A stretch of 64,000 nucleotides of DNA from the human T2T-CHM13v2.0 reference genome, Homo sapiens. Position 1 is the stretch's first letter, and every line of letters begins with the position of its first letter. A model generated the notes under the pieces. The model was not told the DNA's origin. It searched no databases and worked only from the letters and a program-made list of their open reading frames with translations. Where the stretch lies: the NCBI RefSeq assembly GCF_009914755.1, contig NC_060935.1; one strand, written 5' to 3'. Made by a program: the position numbers and the translations under genes. Of the stretch, positions 15,485-30,204 are shown piece by piece.

Positions 15485-16250
15485 GGGGGCACCATTCTGT
15501 TGAGCAAAGTGTGCGTATACCTCCCTGGAGTATGAATATTGCCTCTTATAGATGTCAAATTTCACACCTGTGTTAGTTTTTGTCCCTTTGAGGTTACCTC
15601 TTAAATATTTTGATTTATTTTTTAATGTGGAAGTAAATCATTAGAAATATTTTGTAACTCTGGGCTTCGTTTTCCAAACAGGTGTAGAGGCATTTTCTGC
15701 AGAAGCAATAGGATGTCATGAAATAATGTGGGTCGTCACTGGAAGCCAAGAGAAAAATTAGTTTAGGAAACTCAGCCATGATCAGCTGGTGCACTTTCAT
15801 AACTCCCTAGTTTACTCAGTGTTAGAAAATGGGACCCGTTTCACACTGGGGACTTGTTATCCAGTTTTACACCTGCTTGATTTACTTTCATTGTGTCTCA
15901 CACTTAAAAATTCTGACACTTTCTGTTTTTACTAAAGCAGCGAATAAAGCATTGTTTTCCGGATCCCTCCTACTACTCAGCAAAGTCTTTGTGTAGAGAT
16001 CTGATAAGCCCTTAGGGTGCCCTGACTGCAGCCAACAATAGAATTTGTTTAGCCATCTTGCTATTCCTTTCTTCACGTGCAAAACTTGTTGGAGGCCAGG
16101 GAGAGATTCTCTGTCCATTTCCTCTTGCTGGGTGAAGTGTCCCACAAGGCAGAGTGCACAAGCATGCGTGACCTCTTGGAGGAGACTAGAAAGGAGGCAT
16201 AAGCTACGATGATGTCACTGACATTAATTGTTGGGCTCTTGTTTTTAAAG

Positions 16251-16321
16251 GAACATGGCAACCCGTGTGTGTCTCATCCCAGAAAGAGAAGACTTTAACC
16301 ACTGTGATGCCTGAGAATCCA
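16251..16321 (+). other. MICAL2: Non-coding 5'UTR exon of MICAL2 (71 nt)
   Basis: Branch-like ctgac (16218-16222), acceptor ctcttgtttttaaag|, donor CCA|gtgagt. Unique sequence that matches my recollection of the MICAL2 mRNA leader (...gagaatcca|gtgtgacg...). Confidence 0.8.
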
Positions 16322-19300
16322 GTGAGTAAGTCACAGTGGTGGATCTTGTTTACCGTGGAGTAGCTCCTGGGGGCTGGTCCTAGGCTTAGGAAAGTGTGGG
16401 ATGTTCCCACCATCCTGGGGCAGCTTGCTGTGCCCAGGGCGCGCTGTTCCCTCTGAGTCAGCACCACCTCCTCTGCACTCCCCTAGCGCTGTGTTCTTGC
16501 CTCAGATACACCACTGAGTTAGGGTTTGTTCACCTGCTTGTCCCACCTACCGGCTGTGGGAGCCTCAAGGGCAAGGAACCAGACTCCCGCCTTCCTGTCT
16601 GAGCCAGGCAGCAATTCCCGGCAGGCACAGTACAAGGCACATCACAGGTGACCAACAGCTGTTTGTGGACTCAAGGAGTCTCATCCCTGAGGTTTGATCA
16701 GGGCTTTTATGGTCCACAAAGCTTCATCACAAACAGTGTCCTATGGGAACCTTTGTGCCCTGGGTGGGGTGGTCACATTATCCTTGTTTATTTTATAGAC
16801 ATGGAGGCTGGGGTCTGAGGAGTCAGATAGCCTGCCACAGGTGGTGGTAGGCTAATAAGTGCCCAGGACTCACGTTTTCTGTGTCCCAGGCTAGCCTGGT
16901 TTCTGTAACCTTATAATTAGAAAGGTTGTTTAGAGTAAACCCCTCATTGCCAAACAGGGAGACTGAGGCCTGGCCTGAAGATTCTTTCTCAAGGTGACAG
17001 GGCTCACTGGTGTCCAATGGAGAATGGAAACGCAGGCCCTGGACTTCCTGTCTGGCGTTTTGGCACCCCTCCTCCCTCCTCCTCTGCCCTGCTCCTGTAT
17101 TCAGCAATCAGAGAACATTTTGGGACCATATATCTGTGTTTACAGGAGGGTGAAGAACTTACAGAAAGCCATGAGTCAGAGGGAACATAGGGATGAATAA
17201 AACCCTCCCTTCTCTCCGGGAGCTTTCCTGGACATGTGAGCCTTGGCAGGGCGTTGAAGAGGCTCAGTTTAGTTGTGGGAGGAGGGAGGATGAAGGTGAG
17301 GGTGAGGGGAGAGCATCAGGGCCCAATCCAAGATGCTGGGGCATGGGCGGAGGCTCCGGCGGAGGGGCAGCCGGCGTGCATGTCAGGGCATTTGGCAGCT
17401 GGCCTGGTGGGCGCTGAGGGATCACGTGGGGTGAGGAGTCCACGGGAGTCCTGAATGGCAGGATGACAAGGGGTTGACTGGACCTCAGGGAAAGCTGCTC
17501 CAGGAATTCTCATTCTTAGTATCTGGGGAAAGACCCAGGCAAAGAGCTGATTGGCCAGTCTGCCACAGCCTGAGAAACTGTCCCCTCTCTGGAGAAACAG
17601 AATACAGAGTTTGTCCACAGAGGAGGGTCAGGCAATGAACAGTGAATTCCAATGTTGTCTGAAATGTGTAGGGAGGGGAGTGTGAGCAATTCTGGCTGGC
17701 TCAATCCTATTGCCCTCAAATGAATTTTTGTTTTGTTCTGTTTCTGTTGAACACACGTGCTGTTGTTCTCTCTTCCCTTTGGAATCTTGGGTCCCTCCTG
17801 GCTCATCCATTCAATCCAGGCTTGACCCAGGGCCAGGTGGGTCCTGGCTACTCTTCTGTGTTTATTCTACCTTTTCTTGCAACTTCCTGGACTTGAGGAC
17901 TGGGAATGACTGCCAGTTTCATCTCCATTGGCAGGGTGAAACATAAAATTTCCCCAAATTACAGAGAATGTGATGCTTGCCAAATAGGTACCTTGGATTA
18001 TTTTCCAAAGCATTCCCAAATTATATACTTCTCTAGGGCAGGGGAAGTGTATCATGTTGTATCATTATTATTTACACTTCATATTTCTTTGCACTTTATG
18101 TTTTATAAAGGTCATTTCATCTTCATGATCAAGCAGGTGGACTTCTCCCATTTTACAGATGAGAAATTTGCCTTAGGCAGGCGGTAGCCTGCCCAAGGCA
18201 ATGCAGCTGTCTAAGGGCTGAGCTGGGACATGGCCCAGTCCTACTGTTTATAAATTCCATGTCTCTCCTCTGCTAAACTCCAACCATAGTAAATCTCTGG
18301 AGGGCCTGAGACCTAAGAGGAGCTCAATAAACACTTGTGGAATGAGTGAACTTTGGCTCTTTTTTTTTTTTTTTTTGGCCACTCTCAACCATAAGTGGAC
18401 CCTCTTTGGCAGCAAAGAGAACACTACCCTGTGGAATATTTGAGTTTCTTGCCATGATAAGGAACTGGTGAGCTCTCTTCTCACCCAGCCATACCTCTGG
18501 GAACTAGGTCATGCACACTGAATAATTAATTCCTTGACTTTTACTCGGAGCTTCCTCCTCCAGACATTGAGATGCTACGTTAGACATTGATCTATGAGAG
18601 GTCCTTGGGAGAAGCAGATCCTACTGTTTGTTGTCACAGACCTTCAGTGACCCATCTAATTGCCCATGAATAATACCTGTGGCCTAAACAGGTCAGCCTT
18701 CCAGGCAGTTCACTCATCTCCTCCTTCTACCCTTCCCCCACCAACCTTCTCTAGACTGAGGAGGAAGGACAGGTGTGTATTATCTTAGATATGCAGGGTT
18801 CTGTACAGTTAGGGGAGCCTACCTCTTCCTTCTCACTGACCTCTGAACTTTTCCATATGTTGTGGCAAGGGCTGGAGAAACAACAAGAAAACCATGTCAA
18901 GATGGGAAAGAATTCATGGGCTCCGGGAGGCAGTTATCAAAATATCCGCTGGGTCTGCTCTTTCCCTAAGTGATACTTGGGTCATCTTTCTTCGAGTCTG
19001 CAAGGGATCCAGCTGGCCTTGTTAGACTCTTGAGGTCAACAGAATAGAGTAGAAATAAGAGTGGGCTGAGACCAAGAGAGCCATGTTCTAGTGTTGACTG
19101 TCCACAGCTTAGCTATGTGGCCTTGGGCGAGTCACAGAACCTCAGGGGCCTTCAGATTTCTTATTCAGGAATTCAGGGAGGGGTGGAGGTTTGGTGGTAT
19201 CTTAAAGAAGTCTCCTTGACTTCTGTGGTCCTGGTCCTCAGTGTCTCTCTCAGTTTGTCCTTGTGATTAGCACTGTCTTCTCCTCCAGGTCACCTCCTCC

Positions 19301-21791
19301 TCATGTGGTCAGAGCTTGCTTCTGTAAGCACTTTCATCCTGATCTTTGTAGCTTTGCCATCTCTCCCCTGCGCCACCCTGAGTTATGCCAGAGTGCAGAT
19401 AAGAACTTCCTGTTGTTGCCCTACTCTTCTGCCAAGCAGCATGGGAGAAAACTCTAACCTTGTGAGACTCTTAGAGATCTAAGGAGTGAAAGTTGGTTGG
19501 TATCAGAGGAAAATGGGATTAAAGGTTGTTGGGATTTTCAAGTCCTTGATGCCCCAGGGTACCTGGATTGTACTGAATTTTTGATCAGAGGGTAGTCAAT
19601 ATGTTCTTAAGAATATGGCCCCAAGTTGGCCAACCCTTGTGATCAGGGGTGACCAGACACTTTGGAGAAATAAAGGGAATAGCATTGGTAGAAGGTTGCT
19701 CAGTGAGAGATGAGAGATACCTCAGATGGACAACCAATATGAAAAGGGGAAAGGCTAGGGAAGGTGGATTTGTCTCTAACATTTACAATTGTGAAGTATT
19801 AAAGCTGAAAAGAACGACAGATCCTTTAATCCACTTCTCCCGTTTATTAGTAAAGAAACTGAGGCCCAGAGACATGACTCAAGCACACCCATAGCGCAAG
19901 CTGGTGGTAGAAGTGAGACAGAAGCTAAGTCTCCTGATTCCCAGCAAGTGGCTCTCTCTGCAGTTCCATGTTGCCTCCTCATGTGGGTTCAGCCACCGTG
20001 CCTTCGTCTTTTCTCCTCCACCCTGCACTTGAATGTCTAAGGTGTTAGCAGGGCCCCCACAGCTCCTACCTCATTGTTTATCAAGGCCTAATAAAACCTG
20101 GGTGCAACAGCATGGAGAGGTTGAGGCTTCTTATGTGCAGGCTGTTTTGATTTGTATTTAGTGACTTAACACTGTTGAGTTGCCGTTATTCTGTTTTATG
20201 ATGTGTCTTGGGGTGAAAGATTAATTCAAGACAGGAAATGAAGGCTATAAGATGGCCCAGCCTTAGCAGGAGTAGCCTCTTGTGAGTTTGCCATTCAAAT
20301 CAAAATCATATGAGCGTTGTTGCTAAGCAGGCCTTGTTGTGAGAACCTCCAGCAAAGGGCATGGATTACACTGTTGCTTGCTCTGAGAGGGGCTTTTTCA
20401 GTCAGAGACTGGCCATCCCAGCACTATGCTGATGGCACATAAACCAGAATGGAAACCACTCACTTTTTCTGTAGAACTCCATTTGGCCCAACACTTCCTG
20501 CTGAGCTCAAGGAAATGCATCTGGAGCACTTTGCATTGGGCAAGCACTAGGTTTACATATATTACCTTGTTTTTCCTCATAGCAGCTCTCTGAGAGATAG
20601 GCATGGCTACCTGTTGTACTGAGGAGAAAATTGAGACAGTTACAGGTTAAATAACTTGTCCATGCCCACAAGGGCCAGGACTCAAACGCAAGGTATCTGA
20701 CTCTAAAGCCCTTCCTGGTTCCACATTTCACATGGCTCTCTGCACACAGAAGGGAGGGCTGGGGAAAAATAGGCAAGGCATTGACTGAAGCGTCAAACAT
20801 TTATCATGGGACTTCCAAATGCCAGGTCCTGGGCTTGGTTCTTGGGATGCAAAAGTGAGTAAGACCTAGTCCCTTTACTCCTAGGACTTGTGGCCTAGCC
20901 TGGTGGTGGGACAGATGTATATGATGACAGTCATAGCTCCCTTATCGCTCTGGAAGCACTGAGAAGAGAGCAGCACACAGGGAAGACTGCATTACCAAGG
21001 AGGGGCTGTGAGACTTGGGTACTGAAGGATGATCAGGAGGTTGCCAGGCAGAAAAGGAGGCAGACAGTTCTCCAAGGAAACTGGGTGGAGGTGTGAAAGG
21101 GCCTGATTTGGTGTTTAGAAGTAAGGAGGAGTAGTGTGCATGCTTTTTTCTTAGCTGAGGGTGCAAGGAATGAGACATTCAGTTGAGAGATCAGCTCTGA
21201 AGTGGGAGAGGAGGGGAGTTCAGAAGTAGACTGTCAAGGGCTTTGCAAAATACTTGCTGCTAGGTGAGATTCATTGAAAGAAACATTAGCAGAGACCAGG
21301 AAAGCTTCTCCAAATATGAATTCTCCAGCTGCCTGATGGATGTTTCCATATAGAGAAAGGAACTTCTGCTGGGGGCTCATTTTCAGAGAGTTTGTGTCCG
21401 TTTTCTGCATTTTGTGTCTCACACACCAATGGAAGTGATTATTGATGGGGCAAAGTGAATGGGGTGGGACGGGCCACACCAACAGTTCATATTTAAAATG
21501 TCTCAGATTCCTCTTGCCAGATAAGCTGATAGCAAACACCCTTGTGAGTTCCTGCGCAGATTGACTCTCCAGGGATCATTTTGCATTCCAGACAGGGTCA
21601 CATAATATTTCTGCAGGAGCTGGGGCTCTGGGTTGAGAAAGCTACTTAAAAATAAAGACCAACAAAAAATATAGTTGTTTTTAAGGATGACATTTGCAAG
21701 GCAAAAGTATCCAGGAAGTAGATTATTTGTCATGAGGGTGAGCCAGAATTTTTAAAAATATCAGATCATTAGAGTGGAAAGAATAATGGCG

Positions 21792-21822
21792 GAGAGAGAG
21801 AGGGAAAGAGAGAGAGAGAGAG
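21792..21822. repeat. (GA)n microsatellite
   Basis: Read directly from sequence. Confidence 0.85.
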
Positions 21823-22572
21823 CGCCAGGAACTCTTGTCTCCTGGGCGTGGTTGTTCCTGCACACCCCCACTTTAATGAATACCTTGCTGAGGTCTGCCC
21901 CAGGAAATGAGTTTCAAACATTGAACTTTGAGCCTGAATTGTCTTCTATGGAGAGGAGCAAACCAATAAACCAGAGAGTGATTTGGAGTCTAAGACTTCT
22001 TGGTCTTGTATCAACAGTCCCTATCTGCTGCCCGTGGGTTTTGTATCTTTATGAGAAAAGAAAAAAATCTTTTTTGGAACAGTTGGGGCTTATTTTAGTA
22101 AACATGTTTTTCAGAGCATGAGCCCAAATACCAAGGAAAGAGTCCAATGTCTTTATTCAGCCAAGAGAAATGTATTCATCAGGATGATGGGAGGCTGTCT
22201 CCCTCCCACCAGGGAGAAGTCACTAGCGGGGCCATACCTTCGGGGCTCCCCTCCTCTGGGGCTTCTGGATGTTGGAGTTTGGGGCTGGTGAGGGACATTT
22301 TGACCCCCTGAATGGTCAAGGCCCTTTCTGGGCCCTGGAACCTATGACCCAGCCTCTCTGAGCTTTCAGGAATGTGGCCTCTGAGTGTGGCCTGGAGAGG
22401 CAGCGTTCTTCCCCGAGACTGTCCCACACAGGTCTGCGTTGTTCTCAATGTAGTGAATTGCTCACAACCATAAATTGCAACGGTTCTGCAGCCTCCGAGC
22501 CATTACCAAGTAGGCAAATGTTATAGGACTTTCAAACCTCAATGCTCGTGCACCTAGTTCAGGGAGGTGAAA

Positions 22573-22654
22573 TACAACCTGTCAGACCAATAACCTCCTC
22601 CAGTCAGTTCAGCTACAACCTGTCAGACCAATAACTTCCTCCAGTTAGTTCAGC
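22573..22654. repeat. 41-bp tandem duplication (2 copies, 2 mismatches)
   Basis: tacaacctgtcagaccaataacctcctccagtcagttcagc followed by tacaacctgtcagaccaataacttcctccagttagttcagc. Confidence 0.95.
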
Positions 22655-23867
22655 AACTGAGTATACATTAGAGACTGGTTCTACCCTGTCTTCTCAGACA
22701 GGCATTTTTGTATTTGCCATCTGTAACCTTACTTGGCTTTACAGACATCTGGGGAGAAGTTCCCGAGAGACTTCAGTTCCTCTGTATAGTAAAGGACTGG
22801 GTCAAAACTGTCCTGATCTTTCACTTCTGTTCAGATGTCTGAAATGCCTCCTGATAGCAGCATATTTTCCGTGGGCAGAGAGCTCTTCTCAGCCCACATC
22901 CTGATGAAGGAAGGAATCCTTTCTCAGAACTGTCTCACCTTGCCAGTTTCTGGTCTGTTCACTCTCCTGAGGTTGTACCTAAGAACTGTCCAGCTGGGTT
23001 CATGTAGCACATCGCTGGGCACATGGTAATCAGTGTTGAATGAATGACCAGCAAGGAAATCCTTCTGTTTTCCAGCAGAACAAAATGGAAGTGAACAGGC
23101 CTCAGACTATGTGGCCTGCATGCTATCAGGACCCAGCATGCACTTCAGAAAAGACCCCTTTGGTGTTTGGCATAAACGAAGTTACCCGATAAAGGCATCT
23201 TCTAGGCCGGGGCCTGGAAAGACAGATGATGTTTAATCCACATCACCTCAAGATGACGAGTCCTGTTTTCAGGGCTTAAAACAAACAAACATCAATAGCG
23301 ACAATGATCTACTGGGAATGCTGGCCCTGGAGAAAGCAGGGGGAGTCATTCTGCTGGCAACCCCTGCATACCTAGCCAACCCTAGCTGGCCCAATGTCCT
23401 ATGCTTGGACAGGTCTCCCAGGAACCTCATGATGGGGCTCTTCCTTTGTCATGCTGCCTCTCTGCAGCACAGGCAATTTTACATCTAAATCTTAGATCCT
23501 GACTTCCCAAGTGTGTTGACATTTTGGTAGGCTTCGAATAGCCATTAGTTATTTCTGACTCAGGCAGGGCTCACCTGTCCATGCAGGTGTATACACCTGC
23601 TTATAAAGGCTGAATGCAGTGTATAGGCTCTTATGCAGACTCTGGGGTGAGGGACATGGCCAGTTGGACTGCCAGTTGGGTGGACGGCCCAATGAAAGGT
23701 GTGCACAAGCATCTCAGAGGCCAGCAGACTACTGAGAGCCAGGAAGGTGTTATTTATGTTGTTAATAACATTAATGACAATATAAACAACAAAGCTTCTG
23801 TAATTGTATATCAGGAAATTAATCCTGAAATTGGTGGTCTGTAATTCAAATGAAAAATTTAGAAATC

Positions 23868-25095
<1,228 letters not shown>

Positions 25096-26739
25096 AAAAA
25101 TTTAGAAATCTTTTAAGTGAACTCTAAAGGTGCTACCATGGAAGCAGTTCCATCCCTCCTGAGCCAGATTTCTATGGTAAGCATTCATTCATTCAACAAA
25201 CATATACTACCTACTGGGAGCAGGCACCATGTTGGCACTGGAATTACAAAGATGAAGATCAGTAAACAGCTCATCAATGAGTGAATTAGCTACAAAATAC
25301 CATAATACAGAAAGCTGAATTATTTGAACCTTAAATATTGATTACCAACTGAGAACCCAGAGCTGGGGTGAATACTCTGGGAAATAGAAAATAAATTTAA
25401 AAATCTGCCTTTCCTTAAGTTTACACATTAAATTGTCCAGACAAGATTAGTGCACAAAACACATGATAGGTTCAAGGCTAAAGGAAGAGCCAAATGGCGT
25501 GGTCTGTGACCTGTGTGGGAACTCTTCGTCTTCCCCATTTTTCAGAAGATGGGAAGAAGCATCTTGTTCCCTTGGCATCCACAGCACCTAGCAAGGCCCC
25601 AGTCACAATATAGGTTCTCAGTAAATTGAATGAATGGAATTGAATGTGGCTAGTGGTTCCCAAAGTTGGCTGATCAACAGAATTCCCTGGGGAGTTAAAA
25701 ACATCTTTTCCTCTTGAACCTCAGGCTGCAGGGATTCTATTTGGGAACAGGCCCAGGAAACTGAGTTTTCATAGACTTCCTGGGCGAATCTGCCCGACAG
25801 CCAGGTTTGGTGAGCTTAGGCATAGACTCTGAGTTAGACGAACACAGATGGGTAAGGGATGGGGTGGTGGAGGGCTTCTGAACCTGAATGCTCCAGCCCA
25901 TCCCTTAAGATCCCGCCCTGGTACCACCTTCTCAGGGAGCTTTTCTCAGGTGCTGAGTCACTCCATCTTCCAACTCTGCATCCACATGTCTTGGCACTCA
26001 CCTCCCCAGCAGCTCTTACCAATAACTGTTAGTTTGTTTGGATTCCCTGAATAGACTGTGAAGCTCCTAGGGGGCACAGCTTGTAGTAGGTTTTCAGTCA
26101 GCACCATGGAGCTGACTGGGCTTCAGAGGATGAGCGAGGTTTGAGAAGTAAGACAGAGACTTGATATGAGGGCAGCCACAGGATAAGCCCAAATGCCTTT
26201 GGGAATTGAGCCTAACAAGGAAGAGAGGGCTGCATGATGGGTGGGAGCCCGCTGAGCCCGGCAGGAGGGTTTGGATTTGTACAAGGGCTGTAGGGAGCCC
26301 TGAGAGATTTATGAACAGGATAAAGGTGAAGCTGGTGAGTTGGGAAGGGGGAGATCAGTGAGGAGGCCCATGGTAGCTCAGGTCAGAGCTGGCCAGGTCC
26401 TGGATGAAGTGGCAGGGTTGTTGACAAAGGGCAGCCACACTCTAGCCACTACACACCCTGAATTGTGTGCGATACTCTTGATTTGATTGTATCTACCAGT
26501 GGTGGTTATTGAGCACCCACCATTGTCAGAGGCATGGGCACCAGGCCCCGGGGCTTGCAGCCTTCAGCTTCAGAACGCACAGTCAGGTGAGGTAGGAGGG
26601 GCCACAAGTAGATCAATGCAAGGGTATGTGCAAAACCATCATACAAACTTCCCCAGAGTACAGTGTAGAAAAGGGGGCCCAGGGAGGGCAAATTATGCTT
26701 CAAAGAAGAACAGTGCAGCTAAGGATGCAGCCCAGCCAG

Positions 26740-28000
26740 GCGTCACTGTGTTTCATCCTGAAGTCACCCAAGGGGTCAGGACTGTTATTATACCCATTTT
26801 ATGGATGAAGAAACTGAGGTTCAAAGAGGTTAGGCAACTCCTCCAGGCTCACACACCTAGTAAATGGTGGGTTGGGTTTGGTGACCAGTCTGCCTGACTC
26901 CAGAGTCCAAACTGGGACCTGTGACACTCGGCTGCCTTTGATGTTTCAGCCCTAAAGACCACTGGGCTTTCACAAGGTAAACAGAGTCCAGATAGGCATT
27001 CCAGACAGAGGGATCAGCATCAGCAAAGGCATGTGGGTGGAAGTGTGTCGGAGTGGAGTTTATCGGGAAATTACAAATGGTTCCTGAGTCTAGAGTATGA
27101 GGGGGCGGGGAAGTGATGAGAGTAGAGGCTGGAGGGGCGAGCTAGGGCTGGATCACGAAGGTAGTTTTTGTTTTGCTCCATTAAGATGTTTGGACTTCAC
27201 CCTGCAGATTGTCAGGGAGCTGTTGAAGGATTTTGAACAGCAATGGAACCTGACTAAGTGCACATTTTTGAAATAAAGATCTCTCTGGCAACAGTTTGAG
27301 GACTAGGCTGGTGGATTGGAGGGAGGTGAATCTGGAGGCAGGAAATGTTTTTACGAGATTTTGAGAGTTCCAGGTGACAGCAGGTGGAGACCTGACCCTC
27401 CTAGGAAGGATGGGAGGCAGTAAATAGGGCTGCTGAAGAGGCAGGACTTGGTGACTGGCTGGCTCTGCAAGATGAGGGAAAAGGGGCAGAGAAATTTGAC
27501 TCGAAGGATTTGGCTGCAGAGTCACGATGGTGCTGCTCACTGAGGTTGGGGCTGCAGGAGAAGGAACAGGTGGGGTTGCAAGGGAAATTGGCCACACGTG
27601 AGGTCTCTATAAGATAGTGAGAGGAGAATGTCCAACTGTTGGTGACACAAGGGCCTGAAATGCAGCAGGGAGCTGTGTGGTGCAAGTACAGCCTGGGGAG
27701 TCATGAGGACACAGATACTGGTTGAACTGTAGGAGTGTTACGGTCCATGACAGTGAAGACCAGAACCTTCATTTTCAGGGGCAAGTAGAGAGGGGTCTGC
27801 CCTCTCTATGGGGCCTCAAGATAAGGCCCCATAAGTGGCGGTTGCATTTAGCAGCAGTTGGTGGTGACGTTGGTTTGATGCACCGGGTGGCCTGTGAGGA
27901 GAAAACAGATTGTGGTGGTTTGATGGATGAGTGGGAGGTGAGGAAGTGCACATTGCAAGGCTGGACTATTCATTTGGAAACCTAGGCTGTGAGGGGAAGA
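26740..28000 (-). mobile_element. MIR (about 26740-26930) followed by long L2 fragment
   Basis: cccattttatggatgaagaaactgagg; L2 motifs cattccagacagagggatcagc and tgttgaaggattttgaacag. Confidence 0.65.
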
Positions 28001-28199
28001 AAGAAGAGTGCTATTTGTTTTCTCCCATAAAAGCAAATATAGATCTAACTGTGGTTGGATTTGTGCGCATTTTGGGGAATGACTTCATATTGATAAATTC
28101 ACAAATCAGAGAAACAAAAATAAACTTTTGTTGAGCACTGAACTTTTTCTAAGCGTGTTTGAGAAAAATGAGGTCAAATGGTACAGTTCTTCAGAACAG

Positions 28200-28313
28200 G
28201 GAGATTGGCCCAGGAGGTCAAGGCTGCAGTGAGCCGTGACCGTACCACTGCTCTCCAACCTGGGCAACAGAGTGAGATCCTGTCTGAAAAAAAAAACAAA
28301 CAAAAACAAAAAA
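28200..28313 (+). mobile_element. Alu 3' fragment (AluJ/FRAM-like)
   Basis: ggaggtcaaggctgcagtgagcc...cctgtctg plus A-rich tail. Confidence 0.85.
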
Positions 28314-29324
28314 TGCACACAAAACATAGGGGATCTTTGGGGGACAGACTCCATCAGATATAGCTGGGTTGCGAGCTGCTCTGGGTGGGGCGGCTCTGCA
28401 GTCGTCCTGGGCTCCAGGTGTGGTACCATGCACACAGTGAATAGGCATAGAGAAATCCTTTTCAAGTTCACTTGGCTGTGACTTTGATGCCTCTTCCCCA
28501 GCATCCCTCTATATCCTCCAGACTAATTACTGTACTGGCATCAAGTCCCAAAGGCCTAATTTCAGCAAGATGCAGTGCCATTCAGATACAAAGGTTCCCC
28601 TGGAGAGTGCCTTTAAGAGGGTGCCGGGCAGAGACTTGGTGGAAAATCTGTTTTTAGTCGTCTTACCATAGCAGAGAGTTGGTTAAGGCGAGGATGAGCT
28701 ACCCTCAACTTTTATGTGAAAATGTATCAATTTCTGCCTTGGTTTGGTTTGGGCTACCTAGAGCTTGAGGTGGTAGGAGTTATCCCCACGCAGCTTCCCG
28801 GGAACTGACGCTTATTGAGCTCATCTGTGGGCTCAGCGCTGTGAGAGGCCCCTCCGTTTAATTTTCACAGGAACCCTATGTTGTTTATGACTTGCTCAAA
28901 GGAGTACTTAGTGACTCAGAAGCCCATGTTCTTTCTACCACATCACATTGGCTTCCAGGGACTCAAGAGCTGAGTGCCTGGGGGTGTTTCTGAAACCAAG
29001 GAAATGAACTAGCTTATCTGTTCTAGTCTCCTGTCTTATGCTATTTGCAAATAGGGAAAGGATGTCTTTTTCAAGATAGGTTGCACATGTGTGAGTGCCT
29101 ACGTAGAGGGGTGGGCAGGCTTATTTCTGGGGGTCAGGCAACTTTTGCAGAACACTAAGGTACTAATAGAAGGTAAAATGTAAAATGATGGACCCGGTTG
29201 TTATTGGAAGTTGGCCTGCAACAGTCGGGTAAGAGACATCTTAATTCCCATGTGGTTGACCTTCACATTGGGAAGGAATGCCTTCTGATCCAGGCCAAAT
29301 TTGACATACCCACTCCTAATACCT

Positions 29325-29730
29325 ACTGTATTAGCTAGGGTAATGCCTCCTGCCTAAGAGATAAGTTCCCAGTTCTCAGTGACTTCGCATACTGCATATT
29401 TATAGCTCACATATGTAAAGTCCAAAACATGTGTTCTGGTCAAAGAGGGCTTTCCCCCATGCAGGCATCCAGGGGACTGGGTCCCTTCCTTCTTGTGGCT
29501 CACCAACTTCAACACACAGTTTCCAAGGTCTTTGTGCCCTGGCAGAAGTAGAAAAGGCACCAAAAACCACTATGGGGGATTCTTATGGGTCGGTCTTAGA
29601 AGTGGCATGCGCCACTCCTGCTTGGATTCCATGACTTAGAACCTGGTCACCTGGACTCACAGCTGCTAGCAAGGGTCCAGGAGGAAGGAGCGGTCCAGCT
29701 GGTGGTGAGCTAGCTCATCTCCACAACACC
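29325..29730. mobile_element. Old LTR (MLT1/LTR33-like)
   Basis: tgtattagctaggg terminus and MaLR-like internal motifs; highly diverged. Confidence 0.4.
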
Positions 29731-29865
29731 CACCAAGGCTCCAAAGACACCTCTCAGCTTAGCTTTCACTGGTGGATTGGATGCTGTTCTCATTTGATCT
29801 ATAGATCCTAGCATTTTGGAGTTTGATGAAAGAAGGGCAGGAGAGTATTAAGAATCAAAGGTCTT

Positions 29866-30204
<339 letters not shown>

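Noticed and set aside
22573-22654. CRISPR-like or prokaryotic repeat system (also 54779-54840)
   Set aside because: Only two abutting copies with no spacers, in human intronic context; no cas-like or operon-like ORFs anywhere in the window.
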